DNA from: Bacteroidales bacterium
Lineage (GTDB): Bacteria; Bacteroidota; Bacteroidia; Bacteroidales; WCHB1-69
Assembly: GCA_024400785.1 (NCBI GenBank)
Contig: JAKSME010000001.1
Coordinates: forward strand, 16,198 to 80,197
Length of the DNA stretch: 64,000 bases
Direction: 5' to 3'
The notes beneath the pieces are model-generated. The model had not been told where the DNA came from. It ran no database searches and worked only from the letters and a program-made list of their open reading frames with translations. Numbering within the stretch: position 1 is the stretch's first letter; each line of letters opens with the position of its first letter. The position numbers were made by a program, and so were the translations under genes. Shown in pieces: positions 38,228-46,428 of this stretch.

Positions 38228-38426
38228 GGAATTTTTCAAGAAAAATTGCAACCATTTTCACATTTTTTCCATGGCGATATTTTTAATATTGGCCATTTTT
38301 TACTGGTGGAAATCGGGACAATATTCCGAATATTTCTTCAAAAACACCTTGTGGGTTGTCATTTTGTGGGGACTGTTAGTCGGCTGGATTACCGGCGACT
38401 TCATCTATCATTCCCGAAACAAATAA
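38217..38426 (+). CDS. Small hypothetical membrane protein
   Basis: 69 aa with two hydrophobic segments. Overlaps the previous gene by 11 nt. Confidence 0.35.
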   Translation: MTNKEFFKKNCNHFHIFSMAIFLILAIFYWWKSGQYSEYFFKNTLWVVILWGLLVGWITGDFIYHSRNK

Positions 38427-38435
38427 GCCCAAATC

Positions 38436-38530
38436 CGCATTCACAATTATGCATTATGCATTCATAATTATGCATTGATAATTATGCATTATGCATTGAT
38501 AATTCTGCATTCATAATTATGCATTGTGCA
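38436..38530. repeat. GCATT/ATGCATT-based degenerate tandem repeat
   Basis: Nine GCATT cores separated alternately by 2 nt (AT/GT) and 9 nt (NATAATTAT-like). Fills the gap between convergent gene ends. Confidence 0.8.
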
Positions 38531-40459
38531 TTACTTCTCGTATCCCGTGATTTTGAACTCGGTACGGCGGTTGAGCGCCCGACCCTCTTCGGTTTCGTTG
38601 GTGGCGATGGGCTTGCTGGCACCATAGCCTTTGAATGACATTCTATTTTTATCTATTCCTTTGTTAATCAAATAGTTATAAACTGATTTGGCGCGGTCGA
38701 GGGATAATTTTTCATTGTATTCGGCGCTGCCCTGGTTGTCGGTGTGGCCGCCCAGCTCAATGCGGATGGCGCTGTTTTCTTTCAAATAATCGGCGAGTTT
38801 GTCGAGTTCGACGTGAGATTCATTTTTCAGGGAACTCTGGTCAAAATCAAAGAAAACGTTTCTTAAAACGAAAGTTTCACCCACTTCGGGACGGCGGAGT
38901 GCGATGTCTTTGTGATAGGGTTCGAGTTCGGTATATTTTTTTTCAATCTGGAAATTCTCAGAATAGAAAGGATAATAGGGGTGAGAAACATTGAGCAGGA
39001 CATTGGAACCTGTAAGGATGCAGGCCAAAAATTCGCCGGTTGTAGGATCTGAGAATGTAGAAGTTATTACTGTGCCGTTGGTAAGGTCCGTGAGCTCGAT
39101 ATAGGCTTTCAGCGGTTGCTTGGTTAATTCGTCGTAAACTTTTCCCTTGATGTAAGTTACGGGAGTTGGGCGCAGTCTTTCATCGAGTTCGAAACTGTAA
39201 ATGTCTTGTCCGCCAAAGCCGCCATCCTTGTCGGAAGAATAGTACGCGGTTGTTCCTGCAGCGTTGATCAGCAGGTTGATTTCGTCGGCGGCAGTGTTGA
39301 TGGGATAACCGAGATTGACGGGTTTTGTCCAGCCGGTATCGGAAAGAGTGGAGTAGTAAATGTCCATGCCGCCCAAGCCCACGTGACCGTTGGAAGAGAA
39401 ATAGAGCGTGCGGCCGTCCACGTGGATAAAGGGAGCGGCTTCATCATCGGCGGTGTTGATGGTGGGGCCGAGGTTTTCGGGAATGGAAAAAATGCCTTCT
39501 TCCAACATCACGGTTTTCCAAATGTCCATGCCCCCAATACTGCCTGGGCGATTGGAGACGAAGTAGATGGTTTTTCCATCTGGACCGATGGAAGGTTGTG
39601 ATTCCCAGTAATTTGTATTGACGGGTTTATCAAAGTTGCGAGGGCGGGACCAGCGGTTTCCAATACGTTTCGACCAATATAGGTCGCAGCTTCCTTCGCC
39701 GGTTTCCTCCATGTCGCAGAGGGTGTAAAACAGATACTTTCCGTCGGGAGAAACGCATTGCGCGCCTTCGTTGTAGCTTGTGTTGATGGGATAAGGGAGT
39801 TTGTAGCGTGGCTGCCATTCTCCATTTTCCTTGACGCTTCCGTAAAAGTCTTCTTCCGATTGGCAGAAGATGCAGACTGTGTTTTTGTCGCGGGGGCGCA
39901 TCACGGTGAAGATGATTTCTTCTTCGTCGGCAGTAATGGCGGGGAGGTATTCGTCGTATTCGGAATTAATGCTTGAACCGAGGTTCACCGGATTGAAGCT
40001 CACGGGGTTTTTCATAGCTTCTATGGCGAATTTGCAGTTTTCAATTCCGCGGATGGATTCTTTTTGGAGGGGGTCGTTGGGTTGGGTTTTATCGAGGTAG
40101 GTATTGTAATGTTCGAGTGCCTGGGCATAAAGAGAGGCTCTGACTTCTTCTTCCGCGGTAATGAAATAAAGAATGGGTTTGGGATTTTTGGCTAAGGAAA
40201 TAGCTTTGTTATAATACTTTACAGAAAGTTCGTTTTGAAGGGTGAAGTTGTAGATGTCGCCTTGGATGACATAAATATCGGCGAATGTAGAATCAATTTT
40301 CAGTGCTTTTTTCAAATAGGATTCCGCTTTGCTGAAATTTTGTTCGTTGATTTCGTGTTTGGCTTTTTTACATAAATCAACCACTTTCGGATTTACTTCA
40401 TTTTGTCCGAAACATATTGATATACAGAATAATAATACTAAAAAAAATCTCAATTTCAT
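38531..40459 (-). CDS. OmpA-family outer-membrane/peptidoglycan-associated protein with TPR, PD40/WD40-like and CarboxypepD_reg-like regions
   Basis: Start taken at MKLRFFLVLLFCISICFG (40459). TPR-like N-terminus and repeated SPDGK/GPDGKTIYF PD40 motifs. C-terminal OmpA domain (GHTDNQGSAEYNEKLSLDRAKSV...NRRTEF). Confidence 0.85.
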   Translation of the reverse strand: MKLRFFLVLLFCISICFGQNEVNPKVVDLCKKAKHEINEQNFSKAESYLKKALKIDSTFADIYVIQGDIYNFTLQNELSVKYYNKAISLAKNPKPILYFITAEEEVRASLYAQALEHYNTYLDKTQPNDPLQKESIRGIENCKFAIEAMKNPVSFNPVNLGSSINSEYDEYLPAITADEEEIIFTVMRPRDKNTVCIFCQSEEDFYGSVKENGEWQPRYKLPYPINTSYNEGAQCVSPDGKYLFYTLCDMEETGEGSCDLYWSKRIGNRWSRPRNFDKPVNTNYWESQPSIGPDGKTIYFVSNRPGSIGGMDIWKTVMLEEGIFSIPENLGPTINTADDEAAPFIHVDGRTLYFSSNGHVGLGGMDIYYSTLSDTGWTKPVNLGYPINTAADEINLLINAAGTTAYYSSDKDGGFGGQDIYSFELDERLRPTPVTYIKGKVYDELTKQPLKAYIELTDLTNGTVITSTFSDPTTGEFLACILTGSNVLLNVSHPYYPFYSENFQIEKKYTELEPYHKDIALRRPEVGETFVLRNVFFDFDQSSLKNESHVELDKLADYLKENSAIRIELGGHTDNQGSAEYNEKLSLDRAKSVYNYLINKGIDKNRMSFKGYGASKPIATNETEEGRALNRRTEFKITGYEK

Positions 40460-41274
40460 AAATTCTCCTTTCGTCCATTCACCGTTTCCCCGTTTCCCCG
40501 TTTCGTCCATTCCCCCATCTTCGCTTTCTGCCAGAGGTTTTCCATTTCATCGATGGAGAGGTCGGCGATGGAGCGGCCTTGTTTGTGAGCTTGTTCTTCG
40601 ATGAATTTGAAGCGGGAGATGAATTTTTTGTTTGTTTTTTCGAGGGCGTCTTCCGGGTGGATGTGGTTGTGTCGGGCGAAGTTGATGAGAGCGAACAGGA
40701 GGTCACCGAATTCTTCTTCCTTTTTATTGGAGTTTTTGTCCATTTCGGTTTTAAATTCCGACATTTCTTCAACCACTTTGTCCCAAACTTGTTCACTGTT
40801 GTCCCAATCGAAGCCGACTCCATGGGCTTTGTCTTGGATGCGGTAGGCTTTCACCATAGCCGGCAATGATTGTGGAACGCCGCCGAGCACGGATTTATTG
40901 CCTTCTTTCAGTTTGATTTTTTCCCAGTTCATTTTTACATCTTCCTCATTATCAACATGAGTTGAGCTAAAGATGTGGGGATGCCGGCGGATGAGTTTTT
41001 CGCAAATCCCATTTAATACGTCAGTAATGTTGAAAAGTCCCTTTTCGTCAGCGATTTTGGAATAGAAGACGAGGTGGAGCATTAAGTCACCGAGTTCTCC
41101 GCGCATATCATCGGGTTTGTTTTCGATGATGGCATCGGTAAGTTCGTAAGTTTCCTCAATGGTGAGGCAACGAAGGGATTCGAAGGTTTGTTTGCTGTCC
41201 CAGGGACACTTTTCGCGAAGTTGGTCCATGATGTCCAGCAGCCTTTTGAAGGCTTCTGTGCGGGGATCTTCCAT
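40456..41274 (-). CDS. mazG: Nucleoside triphosphate pyrophosphohydrolase MazG
   Basis: 272 aa. Tandem MazG domains (CPWDSKQTFESLRCLTIEETYEL, EELGDLMLHLVF, EEFGDLLFALINFAR). The last about 19 codons are encoded by a short-repeat element. Confidence 0.9.
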   Translation of the reverse strand: MEDPRTEAFKRLLDIMDQLREKCPWDSKQTFESLRCLTIEETYELTDAIIENKPDDMRGELGDLMLHLVFYSKIADEKGLFNITDVLNGICEKLIRRHPHIFSSTHVDNEEDVKMNWEKIKLKEGNKSVLGGVPQSLPAMVKAYRIQDKAHGVGFDWDNSEQVWDKVVEEMSEFKTEMDKNSNKKEEEFGDLLFALINFARHNHIHPEDALEKTNKKFISRFKFIEEQAHKQGRSIADLSIDEMENLWQKAKMGEWTKRGNGETVNGRKENL

Positions 41275-41297
41275 GGTAGGATTTTAAAAAAAAGAAG

Positions 41298-41370
<73 letters not shown>

Positions 41371-41417
41371 TTGTAGGTTGCCTCGGCAACCTTTATTTTT
41401 CTATGAAAAGTAAGAAC

Positions 41418-41933
41418 TTATTTTTTGCAGTCGTGTTTGCAATCACCGCCTTTGCAGTTGTCTTTGCAACATTCGGTTTTGCAATCTTTGCCGCATTTGT
41501 TGTCGCAGGCAGCTTTTTCTTCATGGTTGCAACCGCCTTCGCCAACTACTTTGTGTTTCCAATGAGCGCCATCAAATTCGTTGATGAGTTCTTTTTTGGC
41601 GGCTTCGTCTTTAGCTGCGGCAAATTTGGCTTTGAAGTCTTCGATTGCCTTTTTAGCGTTTTCGCAACCGATTTCATCCATATTCAATGCATTTAATTTT
41701 TTGGTGATGCATTCGTAGCGTTTGTTGATGAGTTCGGTTTGTTCTGCAGAGGTCATGTTATTGATGTTCTGCCATTGTTCCATCATTTTCTTGCAGCAGT
41801 CACCTTTGCATTCTTTTTGTTCAACCTGTTCGGTTTTATTTTCGTTAGTGGCTTCTTGGTTTTCTTGGTTTTTGTTATTGCAAGCGCAGAAAATCATGCA
41901 ACATGCAGCAACCAATAACATTAATTTTTTCAT
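41418..41933 (-). CDS. Lipoprotein with Cys/Lys-rich C-terminal tail
   Basis: Start taken at MKKLMLLVAACCMIFCAC (41933). The C-terminus is GGCNHEEKAACDNKCGKDCKTECCKDNCKGGDCKHDCKK. Confidence 0.6.
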   Translation of the reverse strand: MKKLMLLVAACCMIFCACNNKNQENQEATNENKTEQVEQKECKGDCCKKMMEQWQNINNMTSAEQTELINKRYECITKKLNALNMDEIGCENAKKAIEDFKAKFAAAKDEAAKKELINEFDGAHWKHKVVGEGGCNHEEKAACDNKCGKDCKTECCKDNCKGGDCKHDCKK

Positions 41934-42051
41934 CTGATAAATTTTAAGGTTATATCTATGATTTTCGGGCTGCAAAATTACAATTTTTTTTATTTGTGGG
42001 GGCTTTCAAAAAAAATTTTTTCCTCTGGGTGCATTTATTTCAATTTTTTTG

Positions 42052-42059
42052 TATTTTTG
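42052..42059 (+). promoter_or_regulatory. -7 promoter box TATTTTTG upstream of tRNA-Cys
   Basis: Perfect TAnnTTTG 12 nt before the mature tRNA 5' end. Confidence 0.5.
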
Positions 42060-42071
42060 CAGCCTCAAAAA

Positions 42072-42142
42072 GGTCTTGTGGCCGAGGGGCTAGGCGCCGG
42101 TCTGCAAAACCGTTTACAGCGGTTCGAATCCGCTCGAGACCT
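42072..42142 (+). tRNA. tRNA-Cys (anticodon GCA)
   Basis: Manual fold: acceptor GGTCTTG/CGAGACC, anticodon loop CTGCAAA, T arm AGCGG-TTCGAAT-CCGCT. 71 nt. Followed by a hairpin plus T-run at about 42152-42183. Confidence 0.85.
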
Positions 42143-42186
42143 CAGATATAACCTATTGTAATTCATTGCAATAGGTTTTTTTGTTT

Positions 42187-42696
42187 ATGGAAAGAATTGT
42201 CATTGTTGGTTTTCCTGGAGCGGGAAAAAGTTCCGTTGGCCGTCGCTTGGCAGCGCGCCTAAACTGGAATTTTGTTGATACGGATACTTATTTTGAGAGC
42301 AAGTATCATATTTCCATTCCTGATTTTTTTTCCAAGTATGGTGAAGATTTTTTCCGCATTAGCGAAGCGACTGTGCTGAAGGAGGTGTTGAAATTGTCAC
42401 ATGTGGTGATTTCCACGGGTGGTGGAATGCCTTGTTTTTTTGAAAATATGGATTTGATTGTATCCTCTTCTTGTGCGGTTTATTTAAAACTTTCCCCCAA
42501 GTCTCTGGCAACGCGATTGGCGGTATCGCACAAAGTTCGTCCTTTGGTAACGGGAAATGGTTTGGAAGAAATTACCGAGTATGTGGAAAAAACTCTTGTT
42601 GAGCGCGAAGTTTTCTATTCTCGCGCTCAAATTACCGTTAAGGGTGAAAGTCTGGTACTGGATGATTTACTCGCCTTACTGCGAGATTCCGCTTAA
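42187..42696 (+). CDS. aroK: Shikimate kinase
   Basis: MERIVIVGFPGAGKSSVGRRLA (Walker A), FVDTD, STGGG. ATG at 42187. Confidence 0.88.
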   Translation: MERIVIVGFPGAGKSSVGRRLAARLNWNFVDTDTYFESKYHISIPDFFSKYGEDFFRISEATVLKEVLKLSHVVISTGGGMPCFFENMDLIVSSSCAVYLKLSPKSLATRLAVSHKVRPLVTGNGLEEITEYVEKTLVEREVFYSRAQITVKGESLVLDDLLALLRDSA

Positions 42697-42730
42697 CCCT
42701 TTCCACGTTTAACCGATTTCACGAAAAAAG

Positions 42731-42802
42731 TAGCCTCGTCGGGAATCGAACCCGAATCTAAAGTTTAGGAAACTTCCATTCTATCCATTGAACTACAAGG
42801 CC
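42731..42802 (-). tRNA. tRNA-Arg (anticodon CCT)
   Basis: Manual fold: acceptor GGCCTTG/CGAGGCT (G1:U72), D arm GTTC-AATGGATA-GAAT, anticodon arm GAAGT-TTCCTAA-ACTTT, T arm TCGGG-TTCGATT-CCCGA. 72 nt. Confidence 0.85.
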
Positions 42803-42847
42803 TCTTTTGGAGGCGCAAAATTACGTCAATTTCGCCAATTATTTTTG

Positions 42848-42855
42848 TACTTTTG
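42848..42855 (+). promoter_or_regulatory. -7 promoter box TACTTTTG upstream of ybeY
   Basis: Perfect TAnnTTTG. It overlaps the ORF-track TTG at 42853, which argues for the ATG at 42871 as the real start. Confidence 0.45.
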
Positions 42856-42870
42856 CCAAATTTTTTTCGC

Positions 42871-43302
42871 ATGATACTTTTCCATTCTGAAAATGATTTC
42901 CAACTGAAGCAAAAGCTGCTTCATAAAAGCTGGCTAAAATCTCTGGCTGCCACTGAAAATTTCAAGATTGGCGACATCAATTACATTTTTTGTGATGATG
43001 ACTATTTGTTGCAGATTAATCTCCAGTACCTTCAGCATGATACCCTCACTGATATTATTACCTTTGATTATGTTGAGGGTAAAATTCTTTCAGGTGACAT
43101 TTACATCAGTATTGAGCGCGTGAAGGAAAATGCTGCAATTTTTGGAGTTTCTTTTGAAAATGAGTTGCTTCGTGTCTTAGCGCATGGTGTTTTGCATTTG
43201 ATGGGTTATAAGGATAAGACCGACACTGATGCCCAGCAGATGCGAAGAATGGAGGAATTTGCCATTCAGCTTTTTTCTAAATTCTCTCTATCAAATAATT
43301 GA
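42871..43302 (+). CDS. ybeY: rRNA maturation endoribonuclease YbeY
   Basis: The HGVLHLMGYKD zinc-binding motif (HxxxHxxGxxH) near the C-terminus, with typical size. Confidence 0.88.
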   Translation: MILFHSENDFQLKQKLLHKSWLKSLAATENFKIGDINYIFCDDDYLLQINLQYLQHDTLTDIITFDYVEGKILSGDIYISIERVKENAAIFGVSFENELLRVLAHGVLHLMGYKDKTDTDAQQMRRMEEFAIQLFSKFSLSNN

Positions 43303-43329
43303 TTATCAAATAAATATAACTTTTTTCAC

Positions 43330-45213
43330 GTGAAAACCGATGATAATTTCGATATTGTTGTAGTGGGTGCTGGTCATGCTGGTTGCGAAGCCGCAGTGGC
43401 TGCAGCTAAGATGGGTGCAAATACGCTTTTGGTTTCTCTCAACTTATACCTCGTCGCTCAAATGTCGTGTAACCCCGCTATCGGTGGCATCGCCAAAGGG
43501 CAGATCGTCCGCGAAATTGATGCTCTCGGTGGCATGACCGGCGTTGTTACCGATAACACCATGATACAGTTCCGTATGCTCAATGGCTCTAAAGGTCCCG
43601 CTATGTGGAGCCCGCGCGCGCAATGCGATAAACAACAATTTTCGCTTTTCTGGAAACAAATTCTTGAAAATCAATCTCACCTCTCCCTCCGACAAGATTT
43701 GGTTACCTCTCTTCTGATTAATGATGGAGTCGTCTCTGGCGTGTCTACCCTCGCTGGCAAAATCATCCATGCCCAAAAAGTCATTATCACTGCCGGCACT
43801 TTCCTTAATGGCAGAATCCATATCGGCGAGGTCAATTTCTCCGGCGGACGTTTGGGTGAAATGGCCGCCCCCCTCCTCTCAGATCAGCTGAAAGACGCAG
43901 GCATTCGTACCGACAAGCTAAAAACAGGTACCCCTGTCCGCATTGATGGCCGCTCCGTTCATTTCGACCAAATGACTGAACAACCCGGCGACGCTGTCCC
44001 TGGCCGGTTCTCTTATTCCGATACTCCCAACCTTATTAACCAACTGCCTTGCTTTATTACCTATACCAACACTACTGTTCACGACATCCTTCGTACGGGC
44101 TTCCAATATTCGCCCATGTTTCAGGGCCGCATACAAGGTGTTGGTCCGCGTTACTGTCCCTCCATTGAGGATAAACTTGACCGCTTTGCTGAAAAAGATA
44201 AACACCAATTGTTCCTTGAGCCCGAAGGGCGCAATACCCATGAGTATTATCTGAATGGTTTCTCCTCGTCGCTTCCGGAGCAGGTTCAAATTGATGCTTT
44301 ACATCACATTCCCGGCTTACAAGATGCAGTGGTTTTGAAACCCGGTTATGCTATCGAGTACGATTACTTCGATCCGACTCAACTCCATTACACGCTCGAA
44401 TCGCGTGTTTTGACTAATTTGTATTTGGCGGGCCAGGTAAACGGTACTACCGGCTATGAGGAAGCGGCGTGTCAGGGCCTAATGGCCGGTATTAATGCCG
44501 CTCTTTCCATCCAAAATAAACCTGCTCTAATACTCTCTCGTTCACAAGCATACATCGGCGTTTTAATCGATGATCTCATCACTAAGGGCGTCCAAGACCC
44601 CTATAGAATGTTTACTTCTAGAGCCGAATATCGCACCCTTTTGCGACAGGATAATGCCGATTTACGACTCTCTCCCATTGGTTATCAACTTGGACTTATT
44701 TCACAGAGCCGTTATGATGATATGTTGAGAAAGTACGAGATTCAAGCACAAATCGTCGACTATTTGAAGGTTACAGGCATCACGCCTTCGCAAGTTAATC
44801 CTTTTCTTGCTTCTATTTCTTCTCCTGAAATCTCGCAGAAGGTGAAATACGAAATCCTCCTTCGTCGTCCAGAAGTCCGTTTATTTGATCTTTTGCAGCA
44901 CATTCCCTCTTTATCCAGAGAAATACAGTCCTTTGGCGCAGAAGAAATTCATATCTCTCATGCCGAAATTGACATAAAATATGCGTCTTACATTCAGAAA
45001 GAGCAAGAATTAGCTCAAAAGATGCAAGATTTGGAAAATGTAAAAATATCGCCCAAAGTAGATTACTCTTCCCTCTCCTTCCTTTCAAAGGAAGCACGTG
45101 AAAAATTGACTAAAATTTCTCCTATGAATTTGGGGCAGGCTTCCCGAATTAGTGGAGTCAGCCCAGCAGACATTTCAGGACTGCTAATCTACCTTAGTCA
45201 CACCTCTCTTTAA
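43330..45213 (+). CDS. mnmG: tRNA uridine 5-carboxymethylaminomethyl modification enzyme MnmG (GidA)
   Basis: 627 aa. FAD motif DIVVVGAGHAGCEAA, SCNPAIGGIAKGQIVREIDALGG, GPRYCPSIEDK. GTG start. Confidence 0.96.
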   Translation: MKTDDNFDIVVVGAGHAGCEAAVAAAKMGANTLLVSLNLYLVAQMSCNPAIGGIAKGQIVREIDALGGMTGVVTDNTMIQFRMLNGSKGPAMWSPRAQCDKQQFSLFWKQILENQSHLSLRQDLVTSLLINDGVVSGVSTLAGKIIHAQKVIITAGTFLNGRIHIGEVNFSGGRLGEMAAPLLSDQLKDAGIRTDKLKTGTPVRIDGRSVHFDQMTEQPGDAVPGRFSYSDTPNLINQLPCFITYTNTTVHDILRTGFQYSPMFQGRIQGVGPRYCPSIEDKLDRFAEKDKHQLFLEPEGRNTHEYYLNGFSSSLPEQVQIDALHHIPGLQDAVVLKPGYAIEYDYFDPTQLHYTLESRVLTNLYLAGQVNGTTGYEEAACQGLMAGINAALSIQNKPALILSRSQAYIGVLIDDLITKGVQDPYRMFTSRAEYRTLLRQDNADLRLSPIGYQLGLISQSRYDDMLRKYEIQAQIVDYLKVTGITPSQVNPFLASISSPEISQKVKYEILLRRPEVRLFDLLQHIPSLSREIQSFGAEEIHISHAEIDIKYASYIQKEQELAQKMQDLENVKISPKVDYSSLSFLSKEAREKLTKISPMNLGQASRISGVSPADISGLLIYLSHTSL

Positions 45214-45364
45214 TCGTATAATACTGATATTCAGTATTCTGTAGTAAAATTTGCGATATGGGGAGTCTTTTTCATTTTTTGGAGCCCAAAGTCTTTTTTT
45301 TTCTCAAAAGGGCGTATTATCGCCTTTTTTTCAATCATTATTGATTGATAGGAAGTTATGTGAC

Positions 45365-46168
45365 TTAGAACCTTGCGTCAGCAGTTGTTTTCATCAGAGT
45401 GCTGTGTTCGATGCTATTCTTACGAATCATTTCTTTCAATTTTGGGGCAAAGATTCTGGACACCACAAAAGTTTGCTTGTTGATGTGAATTTTGTTTTGT
45501 TCAATTCTTTCCATCTTAGAGAAGTTGATGATGGTGGACTTGTTGATTTTCACGAATTGCTCAGGGGGTAAAATTTTTGCAAACTTTTTCATTGTGGAGC
45601 TGTGAAAAACGGGTTTTCCTTTGATGAGATGGATTTTAAGTCCATCGCGTGTGCTGGTGACCAAGGCGATGTTGTCAATTTCAATTCTGCTTTGAACTCT
45701 TTGGTAATTAAGGTATACGAAGTTGGAAGAAGAAGGTTCCTCTTCTTTTTTGGCAGTGTAGGCCATGGGTGGCTCTTTAAGTACCAGGGTTGAGCTGTTG
45801 AATAGTGAATTGCTGATATTCAGCAATTTACAGATTTTCTTACAAAAGATTTCGATGTCTAATTTAGGGTTAATGACATCAAAAAAGCCGTTGTCAATCA
45901 GTTCTAAGGTTCGGAGTTTGTTGTTGGTGATGGCAAAAATGAAAGCGGGCCTTTGAATCAGCTTTAAGGTTTCTACGGCGTTGAAATTCGCGAAGTCTGT
46001 GTTCACAAACAAGATGTCGGGTTTCTTGCTGTTGAGTTCTTCAATCATTTCAATGGGTGTTGAGAACATTCTTACGACTTCAATCGTGTCGAAATTGCTG
46101 ATTCTTTGCAATAAAGTTTCTTGCAGCTGAGTATCACCTGCGAAAATAGCACAATTTAATTTTCTCAT
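45365..46168 (-). CDS. LytTR-family DNA-binding regulator with atypical receiver-like N-terminal domain
   Basis: 267 aa. C-terminal LytTR pattern (IEIDNIALVTSTRDGLKIHL...FVKINKSTIINFSKMERI). The N-terminal CheY-like region appears, by eye, to lack the acidic pocket and phospho-acceptor Asp. Confidence 0.8.
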   Translation of the reverse strand: MRKLNCAIFAGDTQLQETLLQRISNFDTIEVVRMFSTPIEMIEELNSKKPDILFVNTDFANFNAVETLKLIQRPAFIFAITNNKLRTLELIDNGFFDVINPKLDIEIFCKKICKLLNISNSLFNSSTLVLKEPPMAYTAKKEEEPSSSNFVYLNYQRVQSRIEIDNIALVTSTRDGLKIHLIKGKPVFHSSTMKKFAKILPPEQFVKINKSTIINFSKMERIEQNKIHINKQTFVVSRIFAPKLKEMIRKNSIEHSTLMKTTADARF

Positions 46169-46402
46169 ATGGCTTTTATTTTTAAAATTTGATTTGCAAA
46201 GATAGTAAAATTTTTAATAAAGAGTAATTTCTTAATTATAATTTAAAATGGACGTTTTCCACGTGGAAATTGGCAACTTAGGACTTTAAATGACGATTAA
46301 TATCCCTAAATTGCAACATTTGGCCGAAAAAATGCATTTTTTCGAAAGTAGTTTCCTGATATTCTGCCTCTCTTCCCCCCCTCTTTTTTCATTTTTTATT
46401 TG

Positions 46403-46410
46403 TACCTTTG
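46403..46410 (+). promoter_or_regulatory. -7 promoter box TACCTTTG upstream of comEC
   Basis: Perfect TAnnTTTG. It overlaps the ORF-track TTG at 46408, which argues for the ATG at 46429. Confidence 0.45.
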
Positions 46411-46428
46411 ATAAAATATTTATTAGAA

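Noticed and set aside
40460-40510. Upstream extension of the OmpA-family ORF (MDETGKRGNGEWTKGEF)
   Set aside because: It is encoded by the short-repeat element and precedes a canonical signal peptide starting at the Met at 40459, which also gives an ATGA overlap with the mazG stop.
41375-41400. Hairpin AGGTTGC-CTCG-GCAACCT plus T-run on the plus strand between the lipoprotein gene and tRNA-Thr
   Set aside because: The T-run is on the strand with no upstream gene, while both neighbours are on the minus strand. It may be a weak or bidirectional terminator, but the evidence is too thin to call it a feature.
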